The notes beneath the pieces are model-generated. The model saw only the letters and a list, made by a program, of their open reading frames with translations. It searched no databases and had not been told where the DNA came from. The position numbers and the translations under genes are program-made. This document shows positions 50,001 through 62,557 of a stretch of 64,000 bases of DNA, piece after piece. Every line of letters starts with the position of its first letter. Positions within the stretch are counted from its first letter, which is position 1. Source of the stretch: Ophelia neglecta (lineage: Eukaryota); contig OZ260664.1 of NCBI GenBank assembly GCA_965285935.1, positions 54,932,001-54,996,000 of the forward strand, written 5' to 3'.

Positions 50001-53000
50001 TGAGAGACAGTGCGGCGCTTGCCCGGACGATGTGCTCCTCACGGCTCGCCAAGCACCTTCCTACCCCCTCAAAACAACCGGAACACAACAGGAAACGAAA
50101 AGCTCACAATAAGAAATGCACTGCCATATAATAATCACCAGATTGACACCGTAATTACCGCGAAGTTCCTCGCTAATATCTATGGTCATGCTAATGAATT
50201 TCCAGTCACGAATATTAGCACAAACAACACTACACTTAAAAATAAACAGCGGAACAACATCGCTTTAAAGTTTTCTGGTAAATATGGCCATAAACAATGT
50301 AGGAGTAATTGATTCACATACATAACTAAGCATGCCACGATTGAACATGTACAATGATACACCCCTTAATGTCTAAATTACAGCCAAGTTTGAGTCGCCA
50401 TTTATTGAATAAATATGTGTAAATATATACATTATATGAAAAATATTTCCGAAACCGCAGCTTGGTATACAATGTGTAAAGGATAAATTATGGTCCCTTA
50501 AACGCATGGTAGATTTTGACATTTTGACTTTATACTTAAAGTTGATAAATTTATGAGCCTGCATATGGATATTGGATTTGCTACGTAAATCATAGTTTTA
50601 AACGACTATAAAGCTTGTTGACATTGTCAGAAATAGTATATGGGCCTTATAGGATCTCCTATATGACTGTATTGCAGTGTGCTTTTTTATACATACAAAC
50701 TACAAAAATGAAAAACATAAAAAATTAAGTTTGCGTTGAACCTGATTCAAAGTGATTTTCACATAGAAAACTTGGTAAAAGGCATAAAGTATATCGGCCT
50801 ACTTACAAGTAAATAATAACAGTATTTTTTTGCTTCCAAACGTTTATTGCTCTTGTACGTTGCAGAAGACAGATTAGCTCGAGGGTAGATTACCGGGGAC
50901 AGGTGCCCTACTATAGTTATTAATTTTGACGGCCCACACAAGATCGAACTCCCCATGCAGCAAAGAAGTCTCTACTGGTGAAGTCGGCTTTAAATCGCCC
51001 GACATCGTGTTTCGTCACTGCCAGTTCCCATTATCTACCTCGCAAATCTGAGACCAGGAGGCCGACAATTCACCACTACCTGCCTCGGATTCATTACTTA
51101 CTTCTAGGAATCGACCTAAGCCCTCGAGAATTGATCAAGTTTAAATGTGAGTTTACTTAATTCATATTATAGTTCTTATTAGTGTCTGATTCCGGGCAAC
51201 TTCAGTTAATATGACGCTGTTTTTCATTGGCCAATATGCCATGTTTCGCTCGTCCCTTGGAGCGGAATTCATTGGCAAACCTATATCGTCTATGCATTTA
51301 TTCTCGGAAGAAATCCGGCAATTTGTGTATTATTAAAATGGACAACTTATATTCCTATATGATCAAGGTAAAGCCTATAGATCTTCAAATGCTACATGAT
51401 TAGCAAGCGTCTTTAGCCACAGGCACTCGCACTTAGATAAATCTAGGCCTACAGGTCTATGATATAAAAAGAAATTATATCTGTAATGATATGAATACAT
51501 ATTTCAAAACTATGTATAGACTAAGACTATTCTGACCGGCCTATATAACCCTGGAGATACGGCTGAAATACATTTCATGCATTCTAGGAAAAAATGCTTA
51601 AATTCACGGGGAGACAAAATAGGGATGAATGGAATGTTCTTTTTCCATCTCAAAGTTTGAAGTTAGGCTACTTCCCTATAAGGAGTAAAAAGTTTATTCT
51701 TTAAGTCAAGCGTTTAAGCCACATTGCCGAGGAAGTCAACATTTATATGTCCCTCCGACATAGAATAACGTTATAAACCAATCTCACTGAAAGTCTCAAT
51801 AAGCAAGGGACGCAAATCGTCTCCTTAACATAGATAGTCCAAAATCAAGGCTATTTTCTCCAAGAAACTATACAATCACATTTGAAGTGAGTGTCACTTG
51901 TAGTTAGGCCTCTCTATGGTCTACAATCAGACCTTCCATTCTATTTCAGCTGGAGCCGGGGCAGGTGAACCCCGTCTAAGATACAGACGCAGTATATGAC
52001 AGAAGGGACAATGGGCGTATACTTTCTCATTCTCAGTACACAAGGGGACTACACAGAAGGACTATATAGTCTGAGTCCGTAAAGGTATATATATATATCT
52101 ATCATATAAAATGTCCTTCCACAATTTCGTTAGTTGTATTGTAGCATAGGCCTAAATAGGCCTACTCTGTGAATTTTCAACATTCGTACTTGTGCTATAC
52201 CCTGCCCCTGTAGGACCAGTTGTCAGTGTCCGCCATACTCCGCCCACTGCTGCCAGATTGGAGTTTTCATGCAGTGAATAGCTGGGAAGTGAAAATCACT
52301 ATAGGGATGAGAATTTGGACAAGTAAACTTCTTTCTTCGATAATTTATGTCAGCATTTGTGGAGCAATACATCAAAGAGACAGAGGGGAAAGCTCTCAAC
52401 AAATGGTTGTTTACTGCTCCTGTCAAAACAAGCGAGATTTATGTCGTTTTACTCCACGAATAGATTCGTTAATACAGTCTGGCAACTTCAAAGATGACAC
52501 GACCAAAGAAAATGCGCTGTACAAAAACTGTTGCATATTTTTTCAACATAAAGTATTGTCATTATGTACGACCGACCCTGCCTCTGTGCCTGTTTGAAAT
52601 AAAGGTTCAAGGTATGCCATTAACACGAGCTGTATAGAGTCCGTTCATTCACTCCATTGTCAGATGTTCCATTTATCTATAGGCCAATAGGTATAGGCCA
52701 CCAGAAGGTATACATTTAAAAACTACATTTTTCCATTTAAAATGATTTTTAAATCCAATTGAAAACTGGCTGGACGTAATAAATATTGTTTGTAGAGAAC
52801 GTATATTTCAAAGAGAAATTTGGGAGTTTATTTGCGACCAAATTTTGCTAATTCCAGTGCAGCCTGCATAGAGAAATGACGGCTGGCCCACTCACACCTT
52901 TTCACCCCCGTCCACCTGTCCATATCACTGCGCTCTTACTCAAGCTAGTCGACAAACGACTTCTTTTCGAGAGGAAAGCCCGGATTGGATTGCAGATTTG

Positions 53001-56000
53001 TCAAACAATCGTATGAGAAATCGCCTCTTCAACCTTTCTGGGTTCCTTCTCTTGACAAGCTGAAGACGATGGAAGGCCTTCCGAGTGCGGAGCGATTTCA
53101 GATTTCAGCCAGTCTTTCAAAATCACCGAGCGGAACCCGTAACCCGTGATTCCTAGAGAGGGCCTATGTGATCAGTAAGCGCTGATTTCGAGATTCTGTC
53201 TCGTACCACAGGTTTTTTATCAACATTGAATAAAGCTTCAAATACAAATGCCAGTCTAAAGATTTCAACTTTGTTACTGGAAAAGGCTAGAAAATTGATG
53301 ATTTCAAGCTTACTACCAACATATATAGGCCTACACTTCGAAATTAAAATTTATATATATCTATTTTATCAATAACTCGCTTTTTCACTTAATGGTCATG
53401 AATGCCAAAGATAATAACGATTTTCTGCACAAATAAGCATAGCCTTAATACTTAATATTCATAAACTAAACATTGATAAACGTTCTTGAAAAACGCCCAA
53501 GTCGAATGGAACGTTTGAAAAATCGCCAACTTCACTAGAAAACAATTTATTCGTTTGCAATTCAATGACATGTAATACATTACAAATACGGATGGCTCTC
53601 ACCTTCCTTTAAACAGAACACAGTCATATATATCTTCATTGACTTTCGGAAGGGATTCGATTAAGTTAATCAAAATGAACTACAGTTCAAACAATATGGT
53701 AGCCTAAACATGCATATGCTATCATATGTGGTGCGGTTTTCTATTATTACAAGTATAGGCCTATATTCTACCAATAAGTCTCAATTTAGGGCAGCTATGC
53801 CATCTTACTGATCATTTCGAAGTCATCATCATTCTTTTTATGCTATATGTATATCAACGAAAAAATAAATGGCTGTGGCATGTGATCAGACAGGTGCACA
53901 CGTTTATGTGGCACTTAAAAATTATTCGTTGTATTGTATCGGATGACGCAGTAATTCAAACAGAGAGCAGGAGGTTTACAAGCCGGATCAAAATGTTCGA
54001 AACATATTGTCATTTTCATGAAGTGGTTAAGATGGTTAGGGGTTCACGTTATAATCAAATTATAAAGAGCAAGATGTATACATTGTTATTATTTATAATA
54101 TAATTATATTGGTTTGGTTTTATATAACAATTCTATCTACTTAATCTAGGTCCGCGATACATTCTGCCTCTTTTTGCTCAGATGGTATATGGTCTGTTCT
54201 AAATTAAGGGGCCGACATTTTTGTCGTTCATGCTTTTCTTGCGTTTGAGGGCGTGCATCATTTTTTCTGTAAGAGATGCACGGTCAATGTATAGTGCAAC
54301 ACTACTTTGAAGACCTACATAAGGAGCACATTTGTTTAGGCAAAGTTAAGACATTCTCCATATAAATATATTTATGCAAATATATATATATAGGCCTATA
54401 AATTGTAAATTGTAAATTGAAATAAATATGAACTGTGGACAAGCAAGTGTATACCTTATTCTTACAGCCGAGGCACACTTTTCTTAATTGGGCAATCATT
54501 GAAAAACAGTTTTATTCAAACAGGCCTATGGTTTCAGCGAAGTGTGGCTTAACCAAGGTATTGGTGATATTAATGTTTTATATTTCAGCTTTTCGTCAGA
54601 GACCGACTGATTGTTATTGGCGGAAACGGCGCATATATCTAAGATTGTTATAACCAGTGTGTCTTGTATAAACATTCGAATGATCCTTCTTGCTCGGCGC
54701 ACATATATATGACATCCGGTATTAATCTAAGTAACATAATAACACTGGTTTAATTCAGAACATGGTATCGTCGTCTCTATATTAACGTTGTAAACCTCCC
54801 ATATAGATTTGCTCGAGCGGAAACCTGTCGTCTGAACCTAGCTGCCGGATCATTTTCATTTGTGACTGAGTGCTGTTTAATTTCTTGAAATACAAGCAAA
54901 TATATTTCTAGTTAGTTCGTAACTCATCCTAACATGTTCAAATTAATGCAGCGATTAACGTGTTAACACTTAGTAGACAATACCGAATAACCTGTCAATT
55001 TACTTGCCCAAGGCACCAACTATCAGACAATCATATTAACCTCATATTTTTGTAGGCTATTTGCAATTTCTTCACAGTCATTTTTTATTTTTTCCTCTAA
55101 TATCATCTGTTTAATATACACTGTAGCTAGATACAAGCCTATTCAACAGGATGTATTTTCATTCAGTTTAATCAACTTTCCATTTGGTTCTAATTTCCAA
55201 AATTCAATGGTTATCTCTTAATTTGTATCGAGGCTTTACTTTTTTAATAATAAAATTAAGCTTTAGGCCGAGGCCTATATAGAACACGTGATTTAGACAC
55301 AGACAGGTAGCCCTAATTATTAATCCTATAGTGTATCAGGCCTAAACTAGGTGACTTTTGTTATGACAGAAATACACAAAGAATACCCTTACAGCTGGTA
55401 TCAATACTTTTGCCATTTTCTGAGACTGTTTATGTGGATTCGAAACAGATGCATGCATAGGTTGTGACGTCGACGCTCAGATAAATACAAGCTTTATATG
55501 TGTAGAGGATAATTTGTTTAACCTGTATGTTTATTTATTTTAATCGGTTACGAATACAACAAAAAGAAAAATGCACCCTTACATTATACAAAAAATTTTA
55601 CACGACGGCCCAGCGTTGTGCTATAGCGTGTTGTAAGCGTGATATAAGCTGCGTTTTAGCTTGATTTAAGCGTGATGTATATGTCTAACCGTCCAGTGTA
55701 GCGTTGTGTTGGCATCATATATAGCTAGTTTTTTAAAAATGATAAATTAGGCAATCAACGAGAAATCTATAAGCATTGAAAGGTAACGCGTGAAAAAAAT
55801 TGGATTCGTGTTCTTGTACCATAGTGTATAACTGTATAGGCCTAAATAGGAGCGACATTTCGGTGAAAGTCATTTCAGTCTCAAGTATCAAAAAAGAGGT
55901 GAGTAAAGAGGCAAAATTGCTGGGGGCCTGAGTAAAACCCAGTATACAACTCTGTGGAGCCGTCTTAATCAGCCATTAATACTTTTTAATGAAGACACAG

Positions 56001-56319
56001 TTTTCAGGAGAGATAAGCTCGATTAGTTGGAGATGTCGTGCTCAGCCACCGTGAGTTTTTCTCTCCCGGGCAGTCCCCGTGGGTAGGAGAAGGCAAGGCG
56101 TTTGTACACAGTAAAAGAACCAGGACTAGTCCTAGCAGACATTTAGAGGGTGGATCAATCAGGATCGCTCAGATGCACTTTTCGAAGTCGATTTCGCCAA
56201 GAGACGTGAGACACTGGCCAGACGCCCGGTCTGGAGACAGGGTGTATGTGTGAACACGGCGCCGCCGAGCGAGGGAGCAGACGACCGACCGAGCAGCCGA
56301 CACCAACGCGCTCGCGGCC

Positions 56320-56377
56320 CGCCATTTTCCCACAGCGAAGGTCAAAGGGTCAAGAGGAGGTCACGCCGGGTCACGTG
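56320..56377 (+). promoter_or_regulatory. Composite enhancer-like module: YY1/Pho site, Su(H)/CSL site, four RGGTCA nuclear-receptor half-sites (DR2, DR5, DR4) and CACGTG
   Basis: CGCCATTTT-CCCACA-gcga-AGGTCA-aa-GGGTCA-agagg-AGGTCA-cgcc-GGGTCA-CGTG, lying at the end of a CpG-dense patch. Confidence 0.55.
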
Positions 56378-59300
56378 TTCCTGTTACATTTAATAGGAGA
56401 TTTTCAAGTAGTTGTTTAGAACGAGCAATGCCAAAGCCCTTCAATGCTGAAGATTTGTTTGTATCAAGGGCTTAGCGGAGGTGCTGTTCGAGTCTCGAGC
56501 ATTTGTTTGTGGCTCAAATCTGTGTCTCTACACTGGCTGTACGGTTCACATTTTACTCGGCTCTTACTCATCGAGGAAACACTACAACTATTGATGTAAA
56601 GGACCTATACAAAACACAACATTTATTCAAGCCTTATTAATTTAAACTGCTTTCACAATCATACAGAACCACATCTCACTATACATATGTTCATATTTTG
56701 ACATTTATTTGTTAACTAACAATATAGTTAGCAATGGTACAGATTCTATCAATTGCTGAAACATGTATGTATGTTCATTGAAACTAAAAAAAAAATTGTG
56801 AGAACTTTCAACAAGGAAATGCGGACCAGGAGCGATAGTCTCAGAACCACTTTAGGATTTAAAGTGGCCCTAGCTTGTGGCCTTGGGGGATTACAGAGTC
56901 GATATAAATATATACGTTGGGATATGCTAAGAGCATTTTAAATAACCCAGTCAGTCGCCATTTAATACTCGCGCCAATATGAGAAGACGCATGGTCACTA
57001 TAACTCGACTGACCATGAGTGACACAATTGCTCGATGCTTTGGCACTCAACGGGGCACATGGACACACAGACGGGATAACTCCGACAGAAAGTCATGAAG
57101 TTTCCCCAACTCTGCCAAGAAGCCATTCAGTTACCCCAACTCTCTAATGAAGCCCTGACGTACCCTAAAAATACCCTTATTAATTATAGAAGAATCCATC
57201 AAGATTGGGGACTGCTAATAATGCAATGCAATACGCGCACCTGGAAAAGAGAATCCTCGCGTTTCCCCAAATTGCCCATAGAATATTCATAGCAGCTAAA
57301 ATTTCTGAATCTGAATATTGACAATATCTGAGCAGGGTATACATGAGTTTCATTCGCTCACACCATGCGTACAACAGCAAATGGATAAGACTTGGTACAC
57401 CTGCATATTTACAAAAAAAAAACAAGCGATTGATGCCAGTGCACCACCAATTATAATAGCATATTTACAGTAACCCTAAACCGCGACCAAACAGGAGGTT
57501 GCCTCTTAATACAAAACATATCCTATGCCTATTATTTAGATCTATCTAGTAATCGTTGAAAAAAGTAAACATAACAATAGGTCTGTTTGGGATAAAACTG
57601 CTGATATGACACAAAAATAATGTCTATAAATTTAGTGCTTACATGTAAAGGGCAGGGCATCAAACGACGGCGGAAATTTGAAGCTTTTTTCCTTTTGATC
57701 GTAAGTCACATTTCAAGCCGGATGATACACAAATCCTTTTTGGCCGACTCTAATCACCAGTGTATACATGTAAAATACATAAAACTCGTAATTTGAAATG
57801 AGAAACGAAGAAAATCACCGATAAATCCTTCATGAGAGCAAGTATAACAAGATGTAACAAGCGTGTAGGGTAGTCGGGACTCAATAAGTCTAACACAAAC
57901 CACATGCTAGGAGCGCCAATAAAACACTCTTGTGTCCCCTTAATCCAAATCAGCACGGCGCCTCTTCTGATGGCTTCCACATAAAAACTCCCCCAGCGTT
58001 AAAAAGTAGCTAGTCTTTTGGGCCACAGGGCGGAAAGAGGCCAGCCCGGCAGAAACACGAGGATTACAGTTACGCGGTGACGTCGCCAAGTAATTGACCA
58101 TCCCCACCTCTCGGGCGTTTGATCTCCGCCATATCACTCTACTTTTCAGCTCTTTTGCGCCACAGAAAGTCGAGTTACGACTGATTTATTCGTTTTTTTT
58201 CCTTGCTGAATTATGGATAAAGGAAAACTTTGTGGGGTCAAGGGGTAGTGAACATTGGAATTTGGAGATGGCGATTAAAGATTGTCACATTTTGGCGTTG
58301 GGTTAAGGGTAGATTATTATGCTGCAGTCTCCTTTTCTCCCTAGCTCACAGCCGACTTAGTAATAGGCCTACCAGACATATAAAATGCAGATATCAACTC
58401 ACTTGACGCATTTCCTGCACACACAAAAAAACAATCACTGGCACCATCCGATTACTTATATTGCTGAATTTCGCCCTTTTTATGTATGACACATTAAATT
58501 TAATTCTCCCAGTTTGTTGAGTCCTTATATTAGATGCATTATGTGTCTTTTGACTGCTATAGTAGTGTCCATTTCAACTAGGTACTAGCAAGAAAGCGTT
58601 TTATGAAAATACTGTAACTCACTTAATTGCCTGTGGACTGTAGGCACAATTCTGGGTGCACACTGACAAGGGAGACAGCAAACAAGAAGGTAGTGTTGAG
58701 ATGCGAGTCTAGCCGAGAGCTAATCCTCTCTGGAGACAGGTTTATCAGGGCTTGGAGTGTACTGATGACATACATGGCCACTTTACCATGGCAATACCCA
58801 TGTATCGAAGTCTGGTCTAAATATGTACACAGCACACTCTCCCAGTCTCAATGCATATATTGTATAGCTACAGCAAACACCAGCCTCCCAGAAAACAAAT
58901 GTGAACCCGATATGAAGCCTGTCATATCTGCAGTAGTACAGTAATTGTGCCCATATATAGCCAGACATGTAAATATACCTATTTTCAAATTGCTCATAGA
59001 TGCATTAATATCACTGACACCACCTATTTTTTTTCTAAATAACTAGTAATGCATTGTTTGCATGAATTACCTTGAGAACAGAATATAAAACAACCAGGCC
59101 TTTACAAATTTACGTAGGTGAAAAGGATGTAAAGTCGGTAGCAGACAAAATCATTACAGGACTCCATCACCACCTGAGATGTGAGCTGTGATGTCAAGCA
59201 TACAGTACAAACTAGGAATCCAGCTTAGATTAATTAATCAATCTAGAGGTATTTACACTTGGAAACAAGTCATAAATAAAGTCCTATTCAGACAGAAGTC

Positions 59301-61224
59301 CGCAGGCTGTGCCTCTCTCTCCTGAGCCCTGATGTACCACTCCATTAGCACACTGACTATGAGTAGGTCCCTGACACATATATTCCACTTAACCTCATAT
59401 TCCTAGTAAGCAATTCATAATTGATTGATCAGTCTATTCCTGAATTCCTGGGCTTTATTTTTAAACATTAAAAATAAACATTATTAAACCATTGAGAAAT
59501 ATGCATCTGTATGAAGTCCCAGGTATGTGATCAAATATTTATCTTAATTTGAGGGAACTAAGCAGAGACACAAGTTACCTGTTGAATCATCAACTCTCAG
59601 TAATTTGGCAATAGTAACCAGACAGTCTATTTTGCAATAAATGAGTAATATCATTTGCCTCTTATATATTTATTTCTTTTTGAAATGTTTTAAAGAATAT
59701 ATTGGCATATTAACAACAATATTGCCATAAAATTCAACTACAGTTTTAACAGTAATTTTATGCTTAGATGGAGTAGATCTTAAGTGAATGCAGGAGAGTT
59801 ATAGATGCACATGTACTGGACATATTCAAATTTCTCTTTGATGATCCCATACATACATAAAATATCAAAGGGTAGGTAAACAACAAAATAAATCCAGAGT
59901 CCCCTAGTAAACCTTGTTAAGGCATTTTTTTATACCTACAAAATATATTGATTATATGCATAATTTTCCCTTGTTGGATGTCATGTTAATTTTACATCTG
60001 AATAATTCAATTCAATAGAATTAAAATTATATCATCTGCAAAAGACCTAATAAGGGCTTAAATGCTTGAATATCTTGGTTAAAATTATACTATTGGCATG
60101 GTATCATACATAATAATAATAATACTAGATCACCCACTATTCAAAGCATGCCCTACCCTCCTTTCCTAATATTCTGTGAGCATATTCTTTTGATGCATGT
60201 AAGCCATTCTATCTTAAGAGCATACATCAATATTGTATGAATTTTCCCACAATAGAGCTCTGCAGAGAAATGCTTTAAACTGGGTTGATTTGTCTTCACT
60301 GGACAAGGCCAGTACATAAATAATGGGAGCTAATGTATTCATCTGAGCGCTGGCTACAAGGGAAGCCATGTTTGATTCCATCGCACCTAGAACATTTATT
60401 TTGAACACACTAAGCACAAAACGGACTGTACTTACCTTACCAATTGTAATAAACATGAAAAATGCTTTATTTATCAAACTTGAGATATTCTGTCAGGTAA
60501 AATTACTAGTCCACTATGATTTGCATGGTATTAATTATGTGATTATCTAACCCAGCTAACGAGAGGAGTGAGAAACAGTCTGTCTAATTGTTTAATCTGA
60601 ATAGACAAAAGGCAAGACAACAACAAATGATAACTCTACAGCATGTAAATCTGTGGTTTGAATATCATAGTTTGATGAACACCAGAAGGTGTCTTATTTG
60701 TATGAATCCATCACCAACAGCCACTACAATGGTGACAGAGCCCTGCAATCTGGCAGACTCTGAAGGCATGCAGGGCCCTCAAGAGTTTAACTAATAGGAG
60801 GCCCTGTCAGAGATTGGATCTTTTTCAGTAATTCTTAGATCACCATGAATTTTAAATGCATGTATATTTAAATAGATACATGCCTTTGTCTAGTAATAAA
60901 CAAATTTACTATAAAAAAATCAAATGTCTGAATTCAATACACTGGGACTGTTTGTCTCCTTTGGACTGGTGCCTTAATTTTCAATTCAACTACAGATATC
61001 GTTTTGTAATGTATAACACACGTGTGATTGTCAGTAGCTGTATCATGTCACAGAGATTATAACCCAGACAATACATTGAAACTGACAATCTGCTTTAAGA
61101 ATAAAACAATGCATAGTTTTATCTGTATGATTTATTCTTAATGCATCTTAAAACTCATCCACTCGTCTACTACTATCAATGGTGGCACCCTCTGGCGAAT
61201 ATGTTGCTTTCTATCTGGTTGATG

Positions 61225-61272
61225 CTACTACTTCAGAATCCTCCCTATAGCTACTACTTCAGAATCCTTCCT
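61225..61272. repeat. 26-bp tandem duplication (CTACTACTTCAGAATCCTYCCT)
   Basis: Two adjacent copies at 61225 and 61251. Confidence 0.8.
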
Positions 61273-62417
61273 GAACTACTAACAGCTTTTGAGTTGGCTC
61301 AGGGTACAGAACACAAGATTCTTTTCAAGCTTAGGCCATGTCAAGTTAATCAGTTCTAGGCATTTTTTTTCTCTCAAGAAAGTGAGGTGAGAGGCTTTTT
61401 CATTTCTCTTAAGGTCAAAAAACAGGTCATCCTTAGTTATTATTTATTTTACACCAGTATCATTAGGTGAGAGCACAGGGTTTTTTCTTTTTTGGCCCAT
61501 GAATTATATAGTGAGGGTTGGAGGAATTTCTTGTTCCACACAAACTATTTTGAGGGGGCTGGTTTTTCTTTTTTGCACAAAGAATACATGGAAATGCTCA
61601 AGCAGATCAAAATAATCGTGTAGTTAGTATTAATAATTTCCCTTTAAGTTGCCATATCCAGTTGGATTGCCTGAAGGCATTTATGACTGTCATATGAAAC
61701 TCTTTATTTTGACATTAACCAGGAAAGTCATCATGCCATTTATTAAATGACTAACACCCAGTTGTCCTTAGAAAAGTAAGAGTAGGTGGTTACACCAAGT
61801 CTGGTGCAGGAAGCGGGCAATATTTTCTACTGTTTGATTTTTATTTGCCCAACCTGGGTCATGCGGATTATTTTTGTTTACACTTTCTTAAGCTGATGAG
61901 GCAGTGGGTGATTTTTTTTAAGCAAAATCATTATAAAAAATATTTCAGTGGCAATTGTGGAAGGAGGCGGGCGCTGCCTGAGTATCAATTTATTAATTTT
62001 AGACAGCCTTAAATAATTATTTGTATATGTCAAGAACCTGCCAAGTATCAAATACTTGAAGACAAACACAGTTATACAGGTCATTATTTGACCAGTGTTT
62101 CACACTGTCGGGACATGATACAGTTTAACACAGTATATAATGTACCTCTGGCTAGGGGGTCACCTTTCTTTTAATTTTTAACATCTGCCTACCACTATGA
62201 CTGAACAAAGAATTTTTTCAAACAGCATATCAACACTAATAATCAAAAGGTGGTGTAAATATCAACAAGTAAGATGTTATACATCTTTTTTTCCTTTAAT
62301 TGTGTTTGATACGAGATGATATATTAATTGTATTATGCAGTCAAAAATATAAAGTAATTCCCCATTACCCTGCGTAAGATATAAAAACCCTACCTTTCTT
62401 AAGGAAAATAAACCTAC

Positions 62418-62557
62418 CTTTGGATCTATTTTCTTATTTTGTTCGTCATCTTCGTCCATTTCGAAGTACATTTCTGTTTTGGTGATGGACATGGTGCCGA
62501 TGACCACGGCTCCGGGAGCTATAAGTTTGGCTGAGGTTGACAGAGCCACAGGGCCGG
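62418..62557 (-). CDS. Nbea: Neurobeachin exon, first half of the BEACH-associated PH domain (TGPVALSTSAKLIAPGAVVIGTMSITKTEMYFEMDEDDEQNKKIDPK)
   Basis: Acceptor ttctgttacag| and donor AAG|gtaggt; 140 nt, phase 1 to 0. Clearly similar to the vertebrate NBEA segment GPVVLSTPAQLIAP...GTLSITTTEIYFEVDED...KKID.K. Confidence 0.95.

Larger units (their letters stand above)
4218..62417 (-). other. 58.2-kb phase-0 intron of neurobeachin that hosts the nested mab-21 gene
   Basis: GT at 62417-62416 and CAG at 4220-4218. The flanking exons join in frame (KKIDPK|[12 protein letters not shown]) and are collinear with NBEA, with no missing residues. Confidence 0.9.

Noticed and set aside
55590-55800. AGCGTG-rich stretch with weak inverted ends as a MITE
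   Set aside because: The terminal match is too short and degenerate to support.
7300-58200. Scattered TGACAG (Meis) and TGATTTAT (Pbx-Hox) words
   Set aside because: Counts by eye are not clearly above expectation for 6-8-mers in AT-rich DNA; they cannot be called without conservation data.
4300-62400. The many 60-130 aa ORFs in the six-frame track inside the giant intron
   Set aside because: Apart from the two mab-21 exons, none resembles a known protein, transposase or reverse transcriptase. Their lengths are what chance gives, and no consistent splice chain links them.
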